Shown here in pieces: positions 6,665-11,600 of a stretch of 11,600 nt of DNA. The stretch is from contig JAPJBO010001038.1 in assembly GCA_030068145.1 (NCBI GenBank), forward strand, positions 64,001 to 75,600. The letters are read 5' to 3'. Made by a program: the position numbers and the translations under genes. Within the stretch, counting starts at the first letter, position 1; every line of letters begins with the position of its first letter. The notes beneath the pieces were generated by a model. That model was not told the origin of the DNA. It saw only the letters and a list, made by a program, of their open reading frames with translations, and searched no databases. The DNA comes from Diplonema papillatum (Eukaryota).

Positions 6665-7336
6665 TCAAACTGAACAGTCTTTCAACTGATGCCGTTCCGA
6701 GAGGTGTCGAAAGGTTTTGAGCTCCTCGAGAACAGATCTGTGCTCGTCGTCGGCTCGGGGAAAAACCTCATTCCTGAAATCTGCAATGAAGCGGGCATTG
6801 AGAAAGGGAGGAGAACGTGCGGATCTGCCTTCCTGGGTTGGTCGGACCTTTTCCTCGCCGTAATGGGCGACAAGAATATCAACAAGTCTGACCGCCTCAG
6901 GTTGGTTTCCAGCCACAGGCCCACTCAGGTCAAAAAGGCTGAATCCCTCCATGACACCCAGGTTGCTCTTCAAACCCGAACGAAGGTCAGAGATTAGCCC
7001 GTTAACGTAGGGCGTGGCCACTTCGGCATGATAGGCCTGGACTGTCTGGGGTGTCACGCGGGTAAAGCCTGCTAAACCTTCAGTTGCGCGGTTTATCACG
7101 ACATCGCAAAGGAAGTAGGTCGGGTGATTTTCGTGCAGGAAGTCGTGCAGGGAGTTGGCCTTCTCAACTTCTGAGTACGACTCCTTTGTCCACCGCTCGT
7201 ACTCCGTGTTTGTCCCCTCTTTCGGGACGTTGGTCTGCCGTCCTGTTTGCCGAGATGCGAGCCCGAACATGCTTGCGATGTCCCGGGGAATCCCCTCCTT
7301 CTTTGGATCCACACGCTGTAGCTTCTTTGGTGGCAT
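6665..7336 (-). CDS. Hypothetical protein of 223 aa. The ORF has non-repetitive, compositionally normal sequence and no recognisable family.
   Basis: The ORF runs MPPKKLQRVDPKKEG ... FLNARFIADFRNEVFPRADDEHRSVLEELK.... On the coding strand it is followed by a roughly 75-nt UTR and an A11 run, and preceded by an A14 run. The unit is bracketed by 13-bp direct repeats TGAGTTCCGGTCT at 6584-6596 and 7427-7439. Confidence 0.4.
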   Translation of the reverse strand: MPPKKLQRVDPKKEGIPRDIASMFGLASRQTGRQTNVPKEGTNTEYERWTKESYSEVEKANSLHDFLHENHPTYFLCDVVINRATEGLAGFTRVTPQTVQAYHAEVATPYVNGLISDLRSGLKSNLGVMEGFSLFDLSGPVAGNQPEAVRLVDILVAHYGEEKVRPTQEGRSARSPPFLNARFIADFRNEVFPRADDEHRSVLEELKTFRHLSERHQLKDCSV

Positions 7337-7730
7337 ACTGGCCCTCCCGTTACCGCTCCCACCCGGTAAGCCCCAACCCGAACGCTATGTGGCTTTTTTT
7401 TTTTTTTCCCCCAGACCGGAAGAATTTGAGTTCCGGTCTCTCAGACCGCTAAACTAAGCCCGTATAATCCCCTGGTTTTGGATGGGATTGTGGCTCGTAA
7501 CCAACCGCCACGGGGCACTACTTTCAAGGGTTGAAAGTGTTCAAGCTCTCTCCAGGGAAACGATGTAGCCGTTTGTTGTAAACTTGACAGCACATTCTTC
7601 CCATGAGAGAAGGGACACTTGCACACCCAGTCGTCGTTTTCTCGCAGCACGGTGTAGTAGTGTCCAGCTTGCACTTTCCCTGTGTGGACGATGAAGCCAG
7701 TTACTCTGTAAGTGTCTTCCCCGATCGTAG

Positions 7731-7750
7731 GGGGGGGGGGGGGGGGGGGG
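7731..7750 (+). repeat. G20 homopolymer.
   Basis: Read directly from the sequence. Confidence 0.9.
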
Positions 7751-7806
7751 ATTTACAACTTGTTGGTTATGAGCTGTTCGATCTGGACGTGAAGTGTAGG
7801 CGTGGG

Positions 7807-7830
7807 GGGGGGGGGGGGGGGGTTGATGAA
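7807..7830 (+). repeat. G24 homopolymer, 56 bp downstream of the first.
   Basis: Read directly from the sequence. Confidence 0.9.
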
Positions 7831-7847
7831 AAGCTATCAACTATGAG

Positions 7848-9208
7848 CTACGTGTGGCGAATGGGCTGGACGAGCGTGAAAGTCCAATCAGTACCAGGCG
7901 TTGCGCGGCAACCGTTGGGAGGGGGAACGCCGCCCATACCGGACGCAAGGGCAAGCATTTGGCCGTTCCCATCGAACACGAGCTTGTGCCGCTCGCGTGT
8001 GTTGTACGTTGTAGATGTTCCATCCGGATGGGCCACGGTCGAGGTGAACGGCTCTTCCTCTGATTGGTGCCAAGTCTCACCATCGTACGAAAAGGCGTAC
8101 CCAGCAACGATGCGTGTGAAATTCTTCTCGCACAAGGGTTCGTCGCTTGGGTTCCAGTATGCATGGCTGAATATCTTGTAAGCCGCTCGCTGGCTGTCGT
8201 ACCACAAGAATGGGTCCTCCCACGTGACGTTGTCCTTCGTCACGATAATCCCGTTCATGGTTGACATCGTCCATGGGCCTCTGGATGTCTCCCCTCTATA
8301 TAGCGTCCAGTTGCTCGAGCCGCTAGCACCAGTTAACAGCATCGAACCGTTCGAGAACATGAAAGGTGCCGGGTTATTTATGGTGGGCAGTCCGGCATTC
8401 ACGGGAGTCCACGGACCGTAGGGTGACGGGGACTCGTGTAGTAGACTGCTGGTGATGTTTGCGGGGGGGGGTTCGGTTGAATTGTAACCGCAGTATTCAG
8501 GTGTTCCGTGGTCTAAACCGTTTCCGATGTGGTACAACAAATAGTTTGGCCTGCCTGTAGAATTATCAACAACCACCATAGGGTTGTGGGTCCAGTGACG
8601 CATGGCAACGTCGCTGAACTTGTACGGGCCTGTGATATTTTCTGATACGGCGTGTGCCACACGACTATTCCGCTGCCATGTGTGCAGACCGCATCCGTTG
8701 ATCATCTCAGCGACATGTAAGTGCCACTTTCCATCAGCCAGCACAGGGACACCTCCCCATGAGGTCACGTTCGGCGAATACCCGTAAGCTCCGCCCGTTG
8801 GAATAGGTAGCAAGTCAAGCTGACCGCACTGCATGCCCTTCCAGCCTTCGTCACATACGCACACCTGTGTCGTTGATATTGTGTCTTACTCGTGCGCACT
8901 AGCGGAACTCCTGCTTTGGTAAGTTTCGTGTAGACGCTGCCAACTACTCATTTTTAGTAAAGTTATCAACAATTCATTGTTTACACAAAGAATTGAGGAC
9001 AGCACATCATTCTTTGAATGTCGGTGAGTTAATTCATGTTTGAACGGCTGGCCAACCAAATGTTGACGCAAGCATACTGGACAGGCTAGGTTGAGAGTTT
9101 ATTCGAGAAGCACACCTCGTTCTCACATGCACCATTGGCGTTGCAGTCAACTTCCGTCTGACAGGTTGCTATGGCGCTGGCTGCGGCCAACGCAAGTAGG
9201 GCGTGCAT
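7848..9208 (-). CDS. Secreted protein gene with two exons. It encodes a signal peptide, an EGF-like module split by the intron, and a large domain with an Asp-box (S-x-D-x-G-x-T-W) and many N-glycosylation sequons. It may be a sialidase-like or BNR beta-propeller glycosidase.
   Basis: Exon 1 (9208..9116) encodes MHALLALAAASAIATCQTEVDCNANGACENE. This is a hydrophobic signal peptide followed by EGF cysteines 1-3. A GT donor (GTGTGC) lies at 9115 and an AG acceptor (cacag) at 8865, giving a 251-nt phase-0 intron. Exon 2 (8864..7848) begins VCVCDEGWKGMQC, which supplies EGF cysteines 4-6 and has the C-x-C-x2-GW-x-G-x2-C pattern. It continues as a 338-aa ORF containing SYDGETW (an Asp-box) and sequons NVT, NIT, NST, NGS, NWT and NFT. 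The reported 'M' start of the exon-2 ORF is actually a GTG codon, consistent with an internal exon. Confidence 0.6.
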
Positions 9209-9861
9209 TGTTGGCCAAACACCCACTGTCAAGTTTGACTTCTCCCTCTTCTGTCGATAGGTTTTGTTGTTGATCTCAGGCTCATGATGTTTGGGAGCTG
9301 CAACTCCCCCACCGGCTCGCTGTTTCTAACGAGGGCGCTAGTCGTAGCGGTGGTTGTGTCTTGCGCTCACTGTTACGAACAATTTGCACATCGGCAACGC
9401 TGTGTTGGAATATTTATTTCAAGTGCCCCAATATCGCTGAGACACCTTTTCCATACGACAACTGCGCTTCGGGCTGACGGGTGGCCATGACAAACAATGC
9501 CGCTGTGTCCAGTCCCTCGGTCGTGTCCAGGGCTTCGTGGTTTTGTGCGGTTGGCGGCTTGGTGGCACGGGATCAATCGGCTTGTTGCGGACCACCTGCA
9601 TGAAGACGCAGAAGCATACTTGTTTTCCGGTAAGGAGTGGGCAGGACGTTTCAAAAGGGGGAAAGAGGAACAGCACGATTGCTGCTTGGCAAATAGTAGG
9701 GACGTTCTTGACTGGAGTGAAAGTTCGTAAGTTAACGTCGTCCTGCTCGATGGTCGCTTCATGCTGCTGCACATCAACCTGTTAATCCTCCTCGGCTGTC
9801 AGCTGCTGACTGGCCTCTAATTGGTCAGGGCGCCTCTTTTTATACTGTGAGCCGTGTTAGA

Positions 9862-10155
9862 TCATACCACACTCCGGAGTCCGTTGGAAAACGAAAAAAC
9901 TGCCGTGATTTCAATAGCAAAGAACCCTGTGCGGAAGTCCCGCATACTCCCACACTGGTCCAGTACCGCATGCAAATAATTAGAGATATGCCCTAAAGGC
10001 ACATCGGCTTTGTACCCTTCCTTTTCTGCCATTTCGTTGGCCTGCTTGGTCCAGAGAATGAACCGTTGTCGGAACCCGGTGGGTTTCTCCTCCAGCACTG
10101 TGAAGGGTACGTTATGCAATTTACCTGGGCCTTGTGCAGGCTGGCAACTCCGCAT
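9862..10155 (-). CDS. Hypothetical ORF of 97 aa. It may be an exon of a gene that also includes the ORF at 10463-10771.
   Basis: It has non-repetitive composition (…NVPFTVLEEKPTGFRQRFILWTKQANEMAEKEGYKADVPLGHISNYLHAVLDQ…). No family is recognised. Confidence 0.25.
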   Translation of the reverse strand: MRSCQPAQGPGKLHNVPFTVLEEKPTGFRQRFILWTKQANEMAEKEGYKADVPLGHISNYLHAVLDQCGSMRDFRTGFFAIEITAVFSFSNGLRSVV

Positions 10156-10462
10156 TCTACTAACTCTCTAGCATGCCGTTCTTGCACCTTAGTCTTTTGG
10201 AACGAAGCATGTGGTACTGACTCTGAAGACGTTGGCAGCGCTGGGAAATACTCGACGTAGCTGCTTCGACTCCGAATGGAAGGGGGGAAATATATACAGA
10301 GGTAAGGGGCAAATACAATCCAAACACAATCTGATTTGTTCTTCGCTTACACCACCGTGGGTTGTTTTCGCACTCAGGACTTTTGACCTGTTGTGTTTGT
10401 GTGATTTGTCGTGTAGGGTAGACCCGCATGACCTCACGTCCGTTCAACACGTGGTTCGGTAG

Positions 10463-10771
10463 TTACAGCACTTGGGATCCCTTCTGTTCTTTGTCGGGCA
10501 GCATCGTCGAGCATTTCCTTTCAAGCTGGCGCTTATGCAAAAAAAAAGTCTTGTCCCAGACTTCGTCAAAACGTGCCTTCCGTTCTGGAAGTAATCGTTC
10601 ACGCAGGCCTTGCATGTGCATTGGCTTCACCGAAGTCACATGCAGGGTGCCTTCTTTTCTGTTTCTGTTTGTGGAAGACGTGAACTGTGTGCGCGTCGCA
10701 AAATTGTATGCTGTTAAATTGCCTCCTTGGAGAGAGTCACTCGGAGCCGTTGTTCCTTCTCCATCTGCCAA
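10463..10771 (-). CDS. Hypothetical ORF of 102 aa.
   Basis: It has non-repetitive composition (…RERLLPERKARFDEVWDKTFFLHKRQLERK…). No family is recognised. It is on the same strand as 9862-10155 and about 300 bp upstream of it. Confidence 0.25.
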   Translation of the reverse strand: MADGEGTTAPSDSLQGGNLTAYNFATRTQFTSSTNRNRKEGTLHVTSVKPMHMQGLRERLLPERKARFDEVWDKTFFLHKRQLERKCSTMLPDKEQKGSQVL

Positions 10772-10904
10772 TTTAACATCTGTTTAATTCATGTCACACC
10801 TACCAAAGGATCATTCACGGTTAGCTCTCCTTAGCTGGCTTGCTGGTACCTTGGGAACGAGCTGACCGCCGGCGAAGTTGGCTGCCCGGCGGCTGCCTCA
10901 ATTG

Positions 10905-11600
10905 GGGAGATCGGTCCTCCTGGCTACCGCAGGTTGCTCCCAGTCGATTTCAGTGTGTGGGGTCTCAATTTCAGTGAGTTTGCGATTCGTCTGGCCTTGG
11001 AGCACTTGAAGGTCGTACTTTCCCCCGACGGGGTTTCCGACTTGTTCCGGTTTTACAGGCTACTTTTTGCTCGCTTTTCGTTGATTCATAAGATCTCTGT
11101 TTCGATCCGACTTTGTACACAAAGTCGGATTGGGTGCTTGCGCCTTCGGCGCTAGAATCTTTTATTAAGAGAGATCGGTCAGGTTGTTCTCAGTCGATTT
11201 CAGTGTGTGGGGTCCCAATCTCAGCGTGTTTGTGATTCGTTCGCAACACTAACAGTTCGTCTGCCTAGGAGCACTTGATTTCAGTGTGTGGGAGTCCCAA
11301 CTTCAGCGTGTTCGTGATTCGTTTGCAACACTATACAGTCGTCTGGCCTTGGAGCACCTGCATCTCGTACTTTCCCTCGATGGGGTTTCCGACTTGTTCC
11401 GGGTTTACAGGCTCCTTTTTGCTCGCTTTTCGCTGATTCATAAGATGTCTGTTTCGTGTGTACAAATCGGTTTCGGTGGTTGCGCCTTCGGCGCTTGAAT
11501 CTTTTATTAAGAGAGATCGCTCAGGTTGTTCTCAGTCGATTTCAGTGTGTGGGGTCCCAATATCAGTTAGTTTGCGATTCGTTTGCAACACTAACAATTC
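10905..11600. repeat. Tandem repeat with units of about 250-340 bp, at least 3 copies, continuing past the window edge. It contains conserved hairpins.
   Basis: Units begin CAGGTTG(C/T)TC(C/T)CAGTCGATTTCAGTGTGTGGGGTC at 10930, 11180 and 11522. Unit 2 carries an internal duplication of about 92 bp. The conserved stem-loop GCGCCTTCGGCGC has a UUCG-type tetraloop. Unit 1 has a perfect 10-bp hairpin CCGACTTTGT-AC-ACAAAGTCGG. Each unit ends ...gaatcttttattaagagagatcg. Confidence 0.85.

Noticed and set aside
7731-7830. Telomere-like or G-rich telomeric repeat.
   Set aside because: These are pure G homopolymers and not a short repeating telomeric unit such as TTAGGG or TTTAGGG. No C-strand repeat periodicity is present.
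7603-8181. A 192-aa ORF on the plus strand.
   Set aside because: It is antisense to the well-supported Asp-box/EGF gene exon and runs through the G20 and G24 homopolymers as poly-Gly. It is most likely spurious.
8886-9071. A 61-aa ORF on the minus strand.
   Set aside because: It lies entirely inside the inferred 251-nt intron of the EGF/Asp-box gene. It has no start context or domain and is probably just open intronic sequence.
10934-11498. ORFs of 70-73 aa (MLPVDFSVWGLNFSEF… and MWESQLQRV…) in the terminal tandem repeat.
   Set aside because: They recur once per repeat unit with frame changes between units caused by indels. This is consistent with chance ORFs in a non-coding tandem repeat.

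Overview
This window looks eukaryotic and is dominated by repeats and transposon remnants, not by dense coding. The evidence for a eukaryote is a GT-AG intron, a signal peptide followed by an EGF-like module, many N-glycosylation sequons, tRNA-derived Pol III-type modules ending in T-runs, and satellite arrays. No prokaryotic operon or defence system is visible.

Main contents, in order along the window:

- **Element A (531-1327) and element B (5299-6138).** These are two related non-autonomous DNA transposons of about 0.8 kb. Each has imperfect terminal inverted repeats of about 25 bp beginning TAGGGCAGTG, and subterminal arrays of palindromic AAACG-containing decamers (GCAAACGTTTGC in A, GTAAACGTTTAC in B). 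Each carries a homologous minus-strand ORF. B keeps a CxxC...H zinc-finger-like motif, and A is a degenerate copy. The AAACG arrays, the YAGGG terminus and the BED-like finger resemble Ac/Ds-type hAT elements, but no 8-bp target-site duplication is visible.
- **Composite element D (1328-2295).** A MITE-like composite with 36-bp TIRs and TA flanks sits immediately next to A. It contains two inverted tRNA-derived Pol III-like modules with T-run terminators.
- **36-bp satellite (2964-4378).** About 39 copies, organised into a higher-order repeat of about 489 bp. Its core is the perfect palindrome GTTTGCGCAAAC, which shares the GCAAACG half-site with the transposon arrays.
- **Smaller tandem repeats.** An 11-bp microsatellite, a 21-bp minisatellite, and a decayed minisatellite at the left edge.
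- **An 80-bp duplicated segment** (2693-2770 and about 6178-6258) carrying the palindrome GATGCTAGCATC.
- **A 223-aa minus-strand ORF** bracketed by oligo(dA) tracts and 13-bp direct repeats, which may be retroposed.
- **Two unusual G homopolymers**, G20 and G24, 56 bp apart.
- **One well-supported spliced gene on the minus strand (7848-9208).** It encodes a signal peptide, an EGF-like module split by a 251-nt GT-AG intron, and a domain with an Asp-box (SYDGETW) and many N-glycosylation sequons.
- **A roughly 250-340-bp tandem repeat with internal hairpins** running off the right edge of the window.

The long six-frame ORFs across the satellites are artifacts, because the repeat periods are divisible by three.
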